64,000 nucleotides of DNA from a virus, in IMG/VR virus record IMGVR_UViG_3300028569_000023, positions 22,036 through 86,035 of that record; one strand, written 5' to 3'. Position numbers and translations under genes: made by a program. A model generated the notes under the pieces. The model saw only the letters and a list, made by a program, of their open reading frames with translations, made no database searches and was not told the DNA's origin. This document shows positions 40,120 through 50,430 of the stretch, piece by piece; position 1 is the first letter of the stretch, and each line of letters begins with the position of its first letter.

Positions 40120-42147
40120 TTATACGCTTGTCGTCACTGCCCTAAATTTGATCTCTAAACTAGCGAATCCTGCGTAGTTTCCGCTTGTATATTGAACTTG
40201 TCCACCGGAGGTGATTTCGAAGTTAACAAGACTAGCGTCGCCTGTCGATTCGATAGACATAACGAAGTCAGATCCGCGTTGAATACCTAAAAGCTTAAAG
40301 GATTCAAATAGATCGGCTGCCGCATCGACTTTAACGCTGATAAGGGCGTCAAATGAACGGACTACAGCAGGGTTGAACGATAGACCAGTGACGTTCGCGG
40401 GTGAAGCTTGGTTATTAGAACCAGCGAATGAGGTTTCAGAGATGTCGCCAGGAGAACCGCCAGAACTCGCGAGATCTACGATAGTTTGAACTGTTACTTT
40501 CTTTAGAGCACCCGAATCGCTAGCATCTGCTACAAGGATTTCATCGCCTAAAGCAGCGGTAACTAGAGTAGCGTCTGAAGGATCTACTGTGAAAGTACGG
40601 TTAGCTGAAATATCGCCACCGCCAGAAAGACCGCCTCCTGCTGTTAAAGTAACAGAGGTATGGTCGATATGCTGATCCGCTACGTAATTTAATAACGAAT
40701 CGTGGTCGACTCCTGCTGGAAGTACTGTTGCCGAAATGCTATCAGCGGCATCATTATAAACTAAACTGACAGAAGTAGTATTGGTTAAAGTCGCACCTAC
40801 TGCATCATGTACCGCTTCGTCAAAATCGGAAATTTGACCACTAGCGATGACAATTGGAGTAGCGGAAACAGCGCTCACTCGTCCTTGAGCATCAGTAGTA
40901 ATACTCAACGTTTCACTGGCGCTACCCTCACTTCCGGGAGTACCAACGTTAGGCATGGAGATACTAACGTTACCGTCGATAGTTCCGCCGCCGCTTAATC
41001 CTGCTCCAGCACTGACTGAAATAGCAGAGTGGTCGATATGTTCGTTAGCTACATAGTTTTGTAATGCATCGTGATCGACGCCAGCAGGAAGAACCGTCGC
41101 TTCTATAGTTCCAGCGCCGTCGTTATATACGAGATCAACGGAAGAGGTATCGGTTAGAATAGCACCGACTGCATCCTGGGCACGTTCGTCGGTGAAATAA
41201 AGAGCAGTACCTTCTGCGATATCATCTGTATCTAGAACGACAACACCTTGCTGTCCGTTTACTGAAACAACAGAGTTAGAGTTTACTGATTTTTCCCAAA
41301 TAGCTCCGCTATAAAGAACCCAGTCACCGACTGCAAATGTAATGTTACCTGCTCCAAAGTCTTGAGTACCAGCTACACTTACTAGATATACGTCTCCAGA
41401 ATTACCTGTACCATTTACAAGAGTAGGAGTGTTGGTACTAGCATCGTATGTGCCTTTGAACTCCATAACAGTGTTCGGAAGTTGTGATGCAGGGATTTTA
41501 CCGCCAGCATCAAGAGTCGCGACACCGTTGTTTGCTCCCTTTTCGGAGTCATCGATTTTATCGTTTAATTGAGTTTGAATATCACTTGTAACACCGCCTA
41601 GATATTGGAATTCAGCATTACTGACTGATCCATCTGCTAGTTTAGAAGCATCGATAGCTGCTCCTGATTTGATATCAGCGTTTTCGATGTTAGTGATAGT
41701 GTTAGCATCAGCATCGATTGTTTTGTTAGTAAGGGTTACAGATGCTGAGTTCTTAGTGGCATCGCTTGTATTATCTACGTTACCTAATCCCACATCTGCT
41801 TTAACTAATCCTGTCGGAGAGTTAATCACAGGGGCAGTTAATGTTTTGTTAGTAAGAGTAGCAACCGCTGCATCTTTCGTAGCATCGCTTGTGTTATCTA
41901 CGTTACTTAACCCGACATCAGCTTTGACCAGTCCAGTAGGCGAACTGATAGCAGGTGCAGTTAGCGTTTTATTCGTAAGCGTTTGAGCAGAATCGGTGTT
42001 TACTACCTCGCGAGTTGCTGCTCCATCACGATATACAACTTTATCGCTCGTTGAGTTAAATCCAATGTCACCCTGTTCAGTTAGCGAGGGTGATGCTTTC
42101 GGTTCGATTTGAATCGAGTTCTTAAATTTCTTTGAATTGATTGCCAT
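40120..42147 (-). CDS. tail fiber protein with internal repeats
   Basis: 2x TLTNKTLTAP..SPTGLVKADVGL.NVDNTSD; GVATLDAGGKIP; 2x VDHD.L.NYVA..HIDH. Confidence 0.75.
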   Translation of the reverse strand: MAINSKKFKNSIQIEPKASPSLTEQGDIGFNSTSDKVVYRDGAATREVVNTDSAQTLTNKTLTAPAISSPTGLVKADVGLSNVDNTSDATKDAAVATLTNKTLTAPVINSPTGLVKADVGLGNVDNTSDATKNSASVTLTNKTIDADANTITNIENADIKSGAAIDASKLADGSVSNAEFQYLGGVTSDIQTQLNDKIDDSEKGANNGVATLDAGGKIPASQLPNTVMEFKGTYDASTNTPTLVNGTGNSGDVYLVSVAGTQDFGAGNITFAVGDWVLYSGAIWEKSVNSNSVVSVNGQQGVVVLDTDDIAEGTALYFTDERAQDAVGAILTDTSSVDLVYNDGAGTIEATVLPAGVDHDALQNYVANEHIDHSAISVSAGAGLSGGGTIDGNVSISMPNVGTPGSEGSASETLSITTDAQGRVSAVSATPIVIASGQISDFDEAVHDAVGATLTNTTSVSLVYNDAADSISATVLPAGVDHDSLLNYVADQHIDHTSVTLTAGGGLSGGGDISANRTFTVDPSDATLVTAALGDEILVADASDSGALKKVTVQTIVDLASSGGSPGDISETSFAGSNNQASPANVTGLSFNPAVVRSFDALISVKVDAAADLFESFKLLGIQRGSDFVMSIESTGDASLVNFEITSGGQVQYTSGNYAGFASLEIKFRAVTTSV

Positions 42148-42675
42148 TTAGTTTAAATTCCATTTCTTTATTTTATATTTGAAAGTACCTGATACGCCTA
42201 ATGCACTGCTAGAATATAATAGTCTTAAATTAGAACCGCTGATATCAGTAGAAAATGTGATACCAGTAGATCCTGTTGAACTATAATCTCCACCTAGGGC
42301 AGATGTTGTACCGTTTGTATTAATTTGAAGCTCTCCGTTTTCAGAAATACCGTTACGGAGAATTGAATATTCCAAAAAGACAGAGCTTTCTGAAACTTTA
42401 TTGAGAATAACTAGAGGCTGATCCGTTACCGAATCGCTAAGTGAAACTGAAGTCAGAGGAGCTTCACCTGACGATTGGTTAATCCAAGCCGAACCGCTCC
42501 ATGTAAAAATATTACCAGTATCTTGAGCTACGCGAGCATCGCCTACTGTATTACCGGATGCAGGGAGAGACGATTCGTTAGAGACAGATGATTTCCAAGA
42601 AACAGAACCGCCCGAACCTCCGGAATTACCCGTGAAGTCGAAATTACCCGTAAAGGGGTTAAAGATTAAACCCAT
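42148..42675 (-). CDS. putative virion/fiber-associated protein
   Basis: FNPFTGNFD N-terminus; LPASGNTVGDAR. Confidence 0.6.
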   Translation of the reverse strand: MGLIFNPFTGNFDFTGNSGGSGGSVSWKSSVSNESSLPASGNTVGDARVAQDTGNIFTWSGSAWINQSSGEAPLTSVSLSDSVTDQPLVILNKVSESSVFLEYSILRNGISENGELQINTNGTTSALGGDYSSTGSTGITFSTDISGSNLRLLYSSSALGVSGTFKYKIKKWNLN

Positions 42676-42944
42676 TATTCAATACGCTCCGTTGATAGGA
42701 AATCAGTACGATCTCCGTCTGTGTAGATGACTCTAAGTTTGTAGATTAGAATCTCTTCATCAAAGTATGAATAGTCTTCTGTGTCGTTTGCCACGTTTGT
42801 AGTAGTAATAGCTTTCTCGATTTTATGACCGACTTTAACGGTAATAAAAGATGAAGAAGTGAATGAGTTATCTTCTTCGTTGAAAGAAGCTTGTAAAGTC
42901 TGACCGAAGTCACGAGGTGATAGAATCTTTTTAGAATTAGCCAT
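42675..42944 (-). CDS. small putative virion protein
   Basis: in the fiber cluster; N-terminus resembles that of 53872-54807. Confidence 0.5.
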   Translation of the reverse strand: MANSKKILSPRDFGQTLQASFNEEDNSFTSSSFITVKVGHKIEKAITTTNVANDTEDYSYFDEEILIYKLRVIYTDGDRTDFLSTERIE

Positions 42945-42947
42945 CGT

Positions 42948-43427
42948 TTAACTCTTTTGTAGCGCTTCCGCTGAATACGAAATAACGCCTTGGTAATTAG
43001 TTCCAACTAAAGACGTAGTACTGATTTGTACTTGTCCTTGATTAGTGACGTTAAAAGTTACTTCGGATGTAATATTACCTACATCATCTTCTCGTTGTAG
43101 TAACCAATTATTAGAATCGTCGTCAAATAGCATATTCAAACGACCTTTAGCTTCGGTAATATTAGAATCAGTAGAACGGAACACTGCGAATTCAATAGTA
43201 ACCGAGCGGACTTCTGTGGTAGAGAAACTAAGATTAGGTAAATCTAGGTTAGTATTTACATTATTGGGTAAAGTGAATACTTGAGGAGGGACATCAAATT
43301 CACCGATTGCGCTTTGTAATGCGAGTTCTACTGCTTCTGCGAACTGAATAACTGATTCTGACCAATCAGGGGAAGTGGCTGTATTCGGGAATTCTATAGG
43401 AGTACCGGAAATGGTAATTGTGGGCAT
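42948..43427 (-). CDS. putative virion protein
   Basis: C-terminal domain resembles the C-termini of 40120-42147 and 42148-42675. Confidence 0.55.
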   Translation of the reverse strand: MPTITISGTPIEFPNTATSPDWSESVIQFAEAVELALQSAIGEFDVPPQVFTLPNNVNTNLDLPNLSFSTTEVRSVTIEFAVFRSTDSNITEAKGRLNMLFDDDSNNWLLQREDDVGNITSEVTFNVTNQGQVQISTTSLVGTNYQGVISYSAEALQKS

Positions 43428-43505
43428 GATGATAGTTGTTAAAACTATAGGAATTATCAGTAGTTAGGTCGTAGTTTATAGACTAAAACGTATAAGTTCT
43501 TGAAA

Positions 43506-44357
43506 TTAGGCAAATTTCCAATAATACCCCTTGTATAGCGTTTTGTATTTAATAGCTTGTCCGATATTGGAGTTCTGGAACCCTTTCTCTTTCGCGTTAA
43601 GTGCCGAATCGAACTTTAGAACTTCTCCTGTTTCTGGATTATGAGCTTCGATAGGTTTTGAACGTTTTTCAGCTAAATGTTTCTTAGCATCAGGATTACT
43701 ATCGAAATACGCTTTAGCTCCTCGGCTCATCGCTTTTTTTCGAGTTTCGTAAGTTTGTTGGAACTCTTCAGGGCTTAGTTTTTTAAGCTGCGCTCTTTTT
43801 TTGAGGCGGATATTGCCGCACTCTTTACACATGCTATCGTAACCATTCCAACGTTTTCTATTCTTATAGAACGATGTTTCTAGAGGCTTATCGGATTTAC
43901 AATCTGAACAGTTTTGATATTGAATACCGTCAATAAGGAATGGTTTTTTCCGACAACTATCGGCTATTCTTTCAGTAAGACCCGGATTGCTCTGTAAAAG
44001 TAATAAGCGAGTTTCAGACATTTTACGCTTAGATTCTTTACTGAATCGGTATCCAGGAGATCCTTCGCCACCGTTCGTTAAATTAGTTAGATTAGAACCT
44101 TGTGCTCTATAATGAGCTATCCAGAACTGCTCGCGTTCTGATAAACCCTCGGGAGTTTGTAGAACTTCCAATACTGAAATCTCATAGATTAGACCTTTAG
44201 CTAATAACGTTTTAATCCAATTCACTTTATGACTTTTTGTTTTTAAGTTCTTAGCCTTAATATGTTCTTTAGGTCGAACTAGGCCGCATGATGACATTCC
44301 GATGTAGCGTATTTCTTTGGTTTCAGGATCGGTTAGTGCGTAGATAATGTATTTCAT
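43506..44357 (-). CDS. GIY-YIG homing endonuclease with NUMOD3, Zn-finger and NUMOD1-like modules
   Basis: IIYAL...YIG...R, EREQFWI, NLTNGGEG; SKESKRKMS; CSDC...CKEC; C-terminal YKGYYWKF. Confidence 0.88.
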   Translation of the reverse strand: MKYIIYALTDPETKEIRYIGMSSCGLVRPKEHIKAKNLKTKSHKVNWIKTLLAKGLIYEISVLEVLQTPEGLSEREQFWIAHYRAQGSNLTNLTNGGEGSPGYRFSKESKRKMSETRLLLLQSNPGLTERIADSCRKKPFLIDGIQYQNCSDCKSDKPLETSFYKNRKRWNGYDSMCKECGNIRLKKRAQLKKLSPEEFQQTYETRKKAMSRGAKAYFDSNPDAKKHLAEKRSKPIEAHNPETGEVLKFDSALNAKEKGFQNSNIGQAIKYKTLYKGYYWKFA

Positions 44358-44413
44358 AGATATAGTATAGTTGTTAAATGCGGTAAAGTCAATCTTTATT
44401 TTGTTCGGAGATC

Positions 44414-44455
44414 AAAAAGAAACCCCCGAGAGTTTTTAACTCCCGAGGGTTTTTC
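44414..44455 (-). terminator. intrinsic terminator after the major capsid gene
   Basis: ACCCTCGGGAG/CTCTCGGGGGT stem followed by TTCTTTTT on the - strand. Confidence 0.8.
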
Positions 44456-44471
44456 TTAGTAAATACGGGTA

Positions 44472-45722
44472 TTAAGCGGCATTCACAATCGCATTGATCA
44501 AGGTATTTCTACCGGGAGCATTACAGAAGAGAGCCTGGTCGGACCACAGTCTGAGTTCATATCCAGCAGAGTTTTCTTGTTCACGGAAGAACTCACCGTC
44601 GAATCCAGGACGTTTGAAAGATACGTCTGAACTACCGACGCGCATGAAAGTTTCCATATCGAGGAGATAAGCATAACCTTCTTTAACGTAGATAGACTGT
44701 TCGATTTGCATTTCGCCGTTCTGAGAGTGGAAGATAAGCGATTTAGCGCCGTTTTCCATCTTAACAGGGGTGTATGAAGAATCATACTTACGAAGTGCAG
44801 CTTGATCGCTTAGAAGATCTGCCCAACCGCGAGGGTTAACAAGAACTAGAAGCTTAGAATCAAGACCTTTTTCAACAGAACGGGTTACTGCTTTTTGGAG
44901 TTTAGCGAAGCTAAGAGCGCCAGATGAAGCAGAGTAGGTGTTACCCTTCCAGAGTTCGTATTGAGCAGCATCGATGTTGAAGAGAGTGCTCGTGTTGGTG
45001 ATGATCTTGTGGATACCAGGGAACTCGTTGCCGTGAGCGCCACGGTGCCAGATGATATCAGTACTAACGACGCCAGCAGCCTGAGCGTCTGCATCAACAG
45101 TTACTACGCGGGTTTCCATGTTAACGCTGACAACTTTACATTGTAAACGAACAGTAGCGCCTGTAACGTCACGGATTTCAAGAGGCATGTCTTTTGAACC
45201 TGCCCAGATTCCGGGTGCCCATTCAGCAGTTTGGATGGTTATAGCAGTAGTGCTAGCAGAGCTAACAGCAGCGTAACCGACTTGGCCGTAGAGCATTTCG
45301 ATTTCTAGTTTCTTAGTGATAGAACGAAGCATGTTACCAACGAGGAACTTAGTAGCGTCCATGAATGCTTGTTTTCCACCTTGTGCAGCGCGTGAAGCGG
45401 CGGTGTAACCAAGAACTGAGCGCAAGAGAACGGGGTTTCCGCGAACTTGAGCATCTTTGATACTACCAGCGACAGGGGGTTGTAGGTTGAACGCGTCGTC
45501 ATCGCTAGAAGCGAAAGTAACGCCATGTTCCATACCTAGAACTACGGGTTGATGGAAGAGGTTTCCGGGTTGTTTGTCTTTGGAAAGGAACTTGATATCC
45601 TTCATGAGTTTAACGCCATCAGGAATTAGCTCTTTGAGTTTATCTGCGTATCCTTCTTTGAAGAAACCGTTAAGGGTTCCTACTGTGTTGTTCGGTGTTC
45701 CGAATGTATTTGGTCCAGCCAT
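44472..45722 (-). CDS. major capsid protein
   Basis: 416 aa, strongly biased codons, strong RBS, after the scaffold, followed by a terminator. Confidence 0.8.
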   Translation of the reverse strand: MAGPNTFGTPNNTVGTLNGFFKEGYADKLKELIPDGVKLMKDIKFLSKDKQPGNLFHQPVVLGMEHGVTFASSDDDAFNLQPPVAGSIKDAQVRGNPVLLRSVLGYTAASRAAQGGKQAFMDATKFLVGNMLRSITKKLEIEMLYGQVGYAAVSSASTTAITIQTAEWAPGIWAGSKDMPLEIRDVTGATVRLQCKVVSVNMETRVVTVDADAQAAGVVSTDIIWHRGAHGNEFPGIHKIITNTSTLFNIDAAQYELWKGNTYSASSGALSFAKLQKAVTRSVEKGLDSKLLVLVNPRGWADLLSDQAALRKYDSSYTPVKMENGAKSLIFHSQNGEMQIEQSIYVKEGYAYLLDMETFMRVGSSDVSFKRPGFDGEFFREQENSAGYELRLWSDQALFCNAPGRNTLINAIVNAA

Positions 45723-45745
45723 ATAATTTATTTATTCTCCTTTAA

Positions 45746-46042
45746 TTATTCTGCAATTACGTATTTGAGGATGATGCAATCAGCAGCGGTGAGTGCAGCA
45801 GCGAGAGTGAGAGCTACAGAGTTACCAGAAACAGCACGATCAGCAGCAGCGACGGGCGCAACGGTTCCCGCTGAGTCGTCGATGTGTAGAGCGGCGCGAA
45901 CTTCACTGATAGCTTCACCCAGGTTAACGGTAGCAACGAGGCCTGACACGGAAACGAGTTGAGCGTCGCCAAGTTTTACGCATACTTCTTGAACTTTTAG
46001 TTGAACTCCAAGAACTGCGTCATTTTTTGATTCGTATGACAT
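45746..46042 (-). CDS. capsid decoration/cement protein
   Basis: small Ala/Val-rich gene with high-expression codons next to the MCP. Confidence 0.55.
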   Translation of the reverse strand: MSYESKNDAVLGVQLKVQEVCVKLGDAQLVSVSGLVATVNLGEAISEVRAALHIDDSAGTVAPVAAADRAVSGNSVALTLAAALTAADCIILKYVIAE

Positions 46043-46224
46043 ATTGTTTTATTCCTTTTTTATTTATTTACTAGTCTTTTAGTTCTTCGTTGTTTTCTTT
46101 TAGTTTGGTATTAGCGCCTACTTAAAGTAACGTTAAATCGCATTAAAGTACTCAGACGAATACATAAATGATTTTTGATACTTAGAGTTGTTAATTATCA
46201 TCTTGATAACTCCTTGTAATTATG

Positions 46225-47163
46225 TTAGAATCCGAAAAACTTCTTATAATCTAATGACTTATCTTCGGTTTTAGGAGACGACTCTTCACCGGATTTAGGC
46301 ATAACCTTGGGTTTTACTTGAGCTTTTGCTTTCTGGAGGTTCTTTTTACGGACGCGATCAAATGTATCACGTCCTACGTATTGCTCGATAAGTTCTTCGG
46401 GCATAACCGCAAACATCTGTTGAAGATCTGATTTCATCTCTTCGACTACAAGAGGTAGAACGTCTTCGGGAGTGATATCGATAGACTTACCGATTTTCTC
46501 GGCTTGATCTAGAGCTAGAAGCATATAATCTGCCATCTTCTTAACGACATAGGGGCTTTTAGGAAGTTGAGCACCTTCTAAAGCTTTAGTGAACAGCATA
46601 TCGTAACGTTCTACTTCTTGTTCGTGTAGTCGCTCCATATTACGAGCACGTTCTTCTTCTCTGTCCTGTTCCTGTTTAGCCTTAATGTCGGCTAGTTCTT
46701 TTTGAAGGGCTTCTTTTTCTAACTGTTCTGGTGATTTCTGAGCACGTTCGATCTCTTCTTCGATGATAGAAGCGGCTAGTTGTTTCATATCTAGACCGAA
46801 AAGATCACTTTCCAAGACAGCACGAGGGTTAGATTTAAGTTCTTGCATCAAGGACTTAATCTCTTTTTCTAACTGCGAATAAGATTGGCCGCGTTTTTGG
46901 GCCATTTTAGCTAGTTGAAGCTGACGGGTTAGATATTCGTCGTCGTCGAGATTAAACTCTTCTTCGATTTCTTCACCATCGACTTTAAGCTTAAGTTTCT
47001 TAAGACGCTTTTCGACGGCTTTTGTTTCAGCAGGAGCGGTTTCTTCCGAACCTTCTTCGCCTTGTGATTCTAATACTTCTGACTCTTGGGATTGCAACTC
47101 GGGGGCAGGACTTGCGTCTGGTGCTGACTGAGGCGCAGCATTACCTTGAACTGGATCTGACAT
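46225..47163 (-). CDS. capsid scaffolding protein
   Basis: acidic N-terminus, KLKVDGEEIE, coiled coil; AGGAG RBS before MSDPVQ. Confidence 0.75.
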   Translation of the reverse strand: MSDPVQGNAAPQSAPDASPAPELQSQESEVLESQGEEGSEETAPAETKAVEKRLKKLKLKVDGEEIEEEFNLDDDEYLTRQLQLAKMAQKRGQSYSQLEKEIKSLMQELKSNPRAVLESDLFGLDMKQLAASIIEEEIERAQKSPEQLEKEALQKELADIKAKQEQDREEERARNMERLHEQEVERYDMLFTKALEGAQLPKSPYVVKKMADYMLLALDQAEKIGKSIDITPEDVLPLVVEEMKSDLQQMFAVMPEELIEQYVGRDTFDRVRKKNLQKAKAQVKPKVMPKSGEESSPKTEDKSLDYKKFFGF

Positions 47164-47238
47164 ATATTCTCCTTTTACCATCCTATACGGGTAGGTATTA
47201 TGTAAACGGTCCTGTTAAGGATACGTTATATATAGTTG

Positions 47239-48552
47239 TTATTTCATTAACTTACGTATCATCTGGAGACGAGCATCCTGCGATGATACTGGTTCTTTAT
47301 CTAGTCCCATGGTCGAGAGAAATGGCTCATCAGGTTTGGGTTTTAAAACAGGAGTACGTTTCGGTCGAGACATGACATTACCTTCAACGATAGCCTCGGC
47401 TGATGGAGGTAAACTTTTACCTTGAGACAATTCTTCCATGAAGATCTCTTTTAATTTAGAAGTAGGTTCAGGTGGATTATTCATGAACGCATCAACGGTT
47501 TGAGCTTGTGCTTTCTTTCTAGCGAATTCTTCTGCTAATTGGTTTTTAACAGTAGATTGTTCGTTTAGAATTTCTTTCTGAAAAGGGCTCAATAGCCTAT
47601 CGGCAGCATTACTTACTGCACGTTCTTGATTGATCTGCGCTTTAGACGGGGGTAGTTCTGTAGGTGTCGGTGAAATACCAGGGTTGGTGACTTCTTCTGT
47701 TAGCTTACCGAAATCGCCGATATCGTCAGCTTTAGCCGCAGCATCGTCTACGAATTGAGGATTATCCCATTGATCTCTTAATGCTTTAATGAAAGGAGTT
47801 TCAACCGTTAATCCTTTCTGTGCTATATTTTTAATACTACCCTGGAATCCCATAGGATCGATCTGAATAGGGGATCTCATTTTTCCACCAGATAGATGAT
47901 ACCAAGGGTCAGATGCGTCATTGATTTCACGAGAAGCGTCTTCGTAGTTTTGTAATCCTGTTTCTAACAATTCTCCACCTTTACCGATAGCATCAGTTGC
48001 GAACTTTTCGAGTAGTCCAGGAGTCGGCATGTTACCAGATGTATTAGCAAAAGAAGGAAGTGGAGCATCGACTTTACTGGCTAATTTTATATCAGATACA
48101 GTATCCGGTTGTTCGTTTATAGAGTTTAGGGTTTGAAACTTTTGTACATAAGGACTCGATTTATAGTCGCGAGATTGGATCTGTTCGGGAGATAAGTTAT
48201 GTCCCATATTCCAAGCATATGCTGCTTTTTCTTCATCTCCACCTGTTTTACCGAGTACCCGAGTGGCTAACGATTTAGCTAACTGTGTTTCTAATTCAGG
48301 GGACTGTTCAATAAAATCTTTAAGCTCATTAGGATCGAGTTCTTCTAGAAGATCGTAGATAGGTTGGTTTTTACCAGCAATTCTTTCTCTATTGATAATC
48401 TCTTTAATGGTGTTAGGCATTAGTCCGTATCTACCGATAGCAGAATGTCCGGTATGGATACCAGATTCGATTTCAGGATGATTGGTGTTTTCCCCCCCGG
48501 AAGACTCGATCTGTTCAATATTTTTTAAAAAAGAACTAATTTTTTCGTCCAT
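47239..48552 (-). CDS. protein with N-terminal lytic transglycosylase-like domain
   Basis: QIESSGG, AIGRYGLMP.T, AYAWNMG, YVQKF (SLT motifs). Confidence 0.72.
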   Translation of the reverse strand: MDEKISSFLKNIEQIESSGGENTNHPEIESGIHTGHSAIGRYGLMPNTIKEIINRERIAGKNQPIYDLLEELDPNELKDFIEQSPELETQLAKSLATRVLGKTGGDEEKAAYAWNMGHNLSPEQIQSRDYKSSPYVQKFQTLNSINEQPDTVSDIKLASKVDAPLPSFANTSGNMPTPGLLEKFATDAIGKGGELLETGLQNYEDASREINDASDPWYHLSGGKMRSPIQIDPMGFQGSIKNIAQKGLTVETPFIKALRDQWDNPQFVDDAAAKADDIGDFGKLTEEVTNPGISPTPTELPPSKAQINQERAVSNAADRLLSPFQKEILNEQSTVKNQLAEEFARKKAQAQTVDAFMNNPPEPTSKLKEIFMEELSQGKSLPPSAEAIVEGNVMSRPKRTPVLKPKPDEPFLSTMGLDKEPVSSQDARLQMIRKLMK

Positions 48553-48554
48553 TA

Positions 48555-48725
48555 TTAACCGCCTAGTAGAGTTTTAAGATTTTTAAATCTATCTTTTTTC
48601 TTTTTCTCTTCAGAATCTTCATTACGAAAGCCCTTTTCGAACGCTACTTGAGTATTAGCCCCGTATCCGGACTCTTCCGCGAACTTCTTTTTCTTTTTTT
48701 TATAGTCTGCCCATTTGTCTTCCAT
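48555..48725 (-). CDS. small Lys-rich protein (56 aa, not in the ORF track)
   Basis: GAGG RBS; MEDKWADYKKKKKK...LLGG. Confidence 0.55.
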   Translation of the reverse strand: MEDKWADYKKKKKKFAEESGYGANTQVAFEKGFRNEDSEEKKKKDRFKNLKTLLGG

Positions 48726-48878
48726 AATTACCTCATTTGTATAATCAAATTGTCAATAAACTGTTTAAATTCAAGGTTGTAAATATAAGTTGTTAATCCT
48801 ATGTTTAACACAACTGATGTTGTTAATAAGATGTAAAATCCGTAGTGAGGTTTTTTAAACTGAACAATGCCTTTATTT

Positions 48879-49427
48879 CTAGACGGGGGGATTCGTAATT
48901 TTGCCATATTGTCTTTCCATATGAATATAAATGTCTTTAGGGGTTATATTATTCAGATCCAATTTCAGATCTTTTTCGATGAAATTATTAAGAATAGCAC
49001 CGACTAGTTCACAACATACATAAGTTCTGTCGTTATCGGAGAATGGACTTTTAACTTTCTTACCGAGTAATTCCATTATACGAACATATGTAAGTCCTAA
49101 TATATTCTTGAATCCGTATGGTTTTCCGCAATTATCAATAGCGAATTTCAACATAGATACGAACTGATCGGGAGTCATCTGGACAGGGAATTCTTTAACT
49201 ACTGCGTTATTCTTTTCGAAAATAGGAACACTACAGAAGTTAACAGTAGTATGGCTGGCTTGATAAATTAGGAACCTATCGAACTTAGAGGAATAGAACT
49301 TTACGTATACGTGACTATAAGGAATTCCTAGACCTTTCATGATAGCAAAAGCGAATAGTTTAAACTTATTAGGTTTAGAAAATCCAATTGTAACAGTTTC
49401 CACGTTATAAACCGTTCTCGCTTTCAA
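48879..49427 (-). CDS. permuted papain-like amidase (YiiX/YebB-like NlpC/P60)
   Basis: YSHV...GKPYG...YVCCELV; His precedes Cys. Confidence 0.75.
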   Translation of the reverse strand: MKARTVYNVETVTIGFSKPNKFKLFAFAIMKGLGIPYSHVYVKFYSSKFDRFLIYQASHTTVNFCSVPIFEKNNAVVKEFPVQMTPDQFVSMLKFAIDNCGKPYGFKNILGLTYVRIMELLGKKVKSPFSDNDRTYVCCELVGAILNNFIEKDLKLDLNNITPKDIYIHMERQYGKITNPPV

Positions 49428-49884
49428 AGCGGTTAACTTTAGTGATTACATATGTAAACACATCGGCGTATTCAGGGAAAGCGCTTACTAGTTGACTGCA
49501 CGCACTACGGGCTGTTCCCAATGCTCCTGTTTCTAATAGAAATTTAACAGACAATAGTTGAGTTAAAATAGCACTAACTTGCGCTCCTGATTTATTTAGT
49601 ATCTTGTTACGAGCGCCTATTCGGTTAACACAGTCTTTAACTAGCTGGACTCCAAATGTACTCTTGCGATCATTTAGATCTATTTCAAATAACTCTAAGT
49701 TAACAGAGTCTGTTGGTAATTTTAAAGAATTACCTTCTAAAATCCATCCAACGGCAGGTCTAGGTGATATATCCTCGATATCTATAACGCAACTGCGACT
49801 AGATGCAACCGATGCTATATCTTCATCTGATATCTCCTGAATCTCCACTACTCTATTATTTTCAATAATTGCGTAAGTTCTCAT
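49405..49884 (-). CDS. hypothetical protein, tail-assembly-chaperone-like
   Basis: YAIIENNRVV..P.VGW N-terminus. Confidence 0.5.
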   Translation of the reverse strand: MRTYAIIENNRVVEIQEISDEDIASVASSRSCVIDIEDISPRPAVGWILEGNSLKLPTDSVNLELFEIDLNDRKSTFGVQLVKDCVNRIGARNKILNKSGAQVSAILTQLLSVKFLLETGALGTARSACSQLVSAFPEYADVFTYVITKVNRFESENGL

Positions 49885-49887
49885 ATT

Positions 49888-50430
49888 TTATTCATCCAAT
49901 TTTGTGGCGTCTAAGAATTCCACTTCTTGTTTTAATCTAAATAAGCTATCGTAAATACCAAGATGATTGATATAAATACGATCACGATATGTATCAGAGA
50001 GACGAGTCAGTACGGCTTCTACCATTATCGTAGAAGACCCATCTAAATCAGCAGGAACTAGACTATTCAACGATGCTGTAGTAAAGAAGTACGAATTACT
50101 TTGTAACGTACCGGGAATAGCTGTTATGAATTGATCTTGCCAATTAGGAGTCACTACTGTATAGATATTAAACGTGCAAGTAGCCGCTGAGTCCACGCTA
50201 CCGTTAGCTGGATTATATAGATATGCAGTGAATCTAATATCGTCAAAAGATCCATAGTCGAATTCTGCTGCAATTTTTACAACTTGAGCACTAGGTGTGG
50301 GTTCGGAATTAGGACCGAATAAGAACTGCCAAGCTGATTCGACATTGACAATATAACGAGTAGCCGAATCCATTTTAAGGATTTGAGCTTCTTCCTGGTC
50401 CTGTGCTACGAATTTACGAGTAATAGGCAT
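49888..50430 (-). CDS. putative virion protein
   Basis: beta-rich, in the late operon. Confidence 0.5.
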   Translation of the reverse strand: MPITRKFVAQDQEEAQILKMDSATRYIVNVESAWQFLFGPNSEPTPSAQVVKIAAEFDYGSFDDIRFTAYLYNPANGSVDSAATCTFNIYTVVTPNWQDQFITAIPGTLQSNSYFFTTASLNSLVPADLDGSSTIMVEAVLTRLSDTYRDRIYINHLGIYDSLFRLKQEVEFLDATKLDE

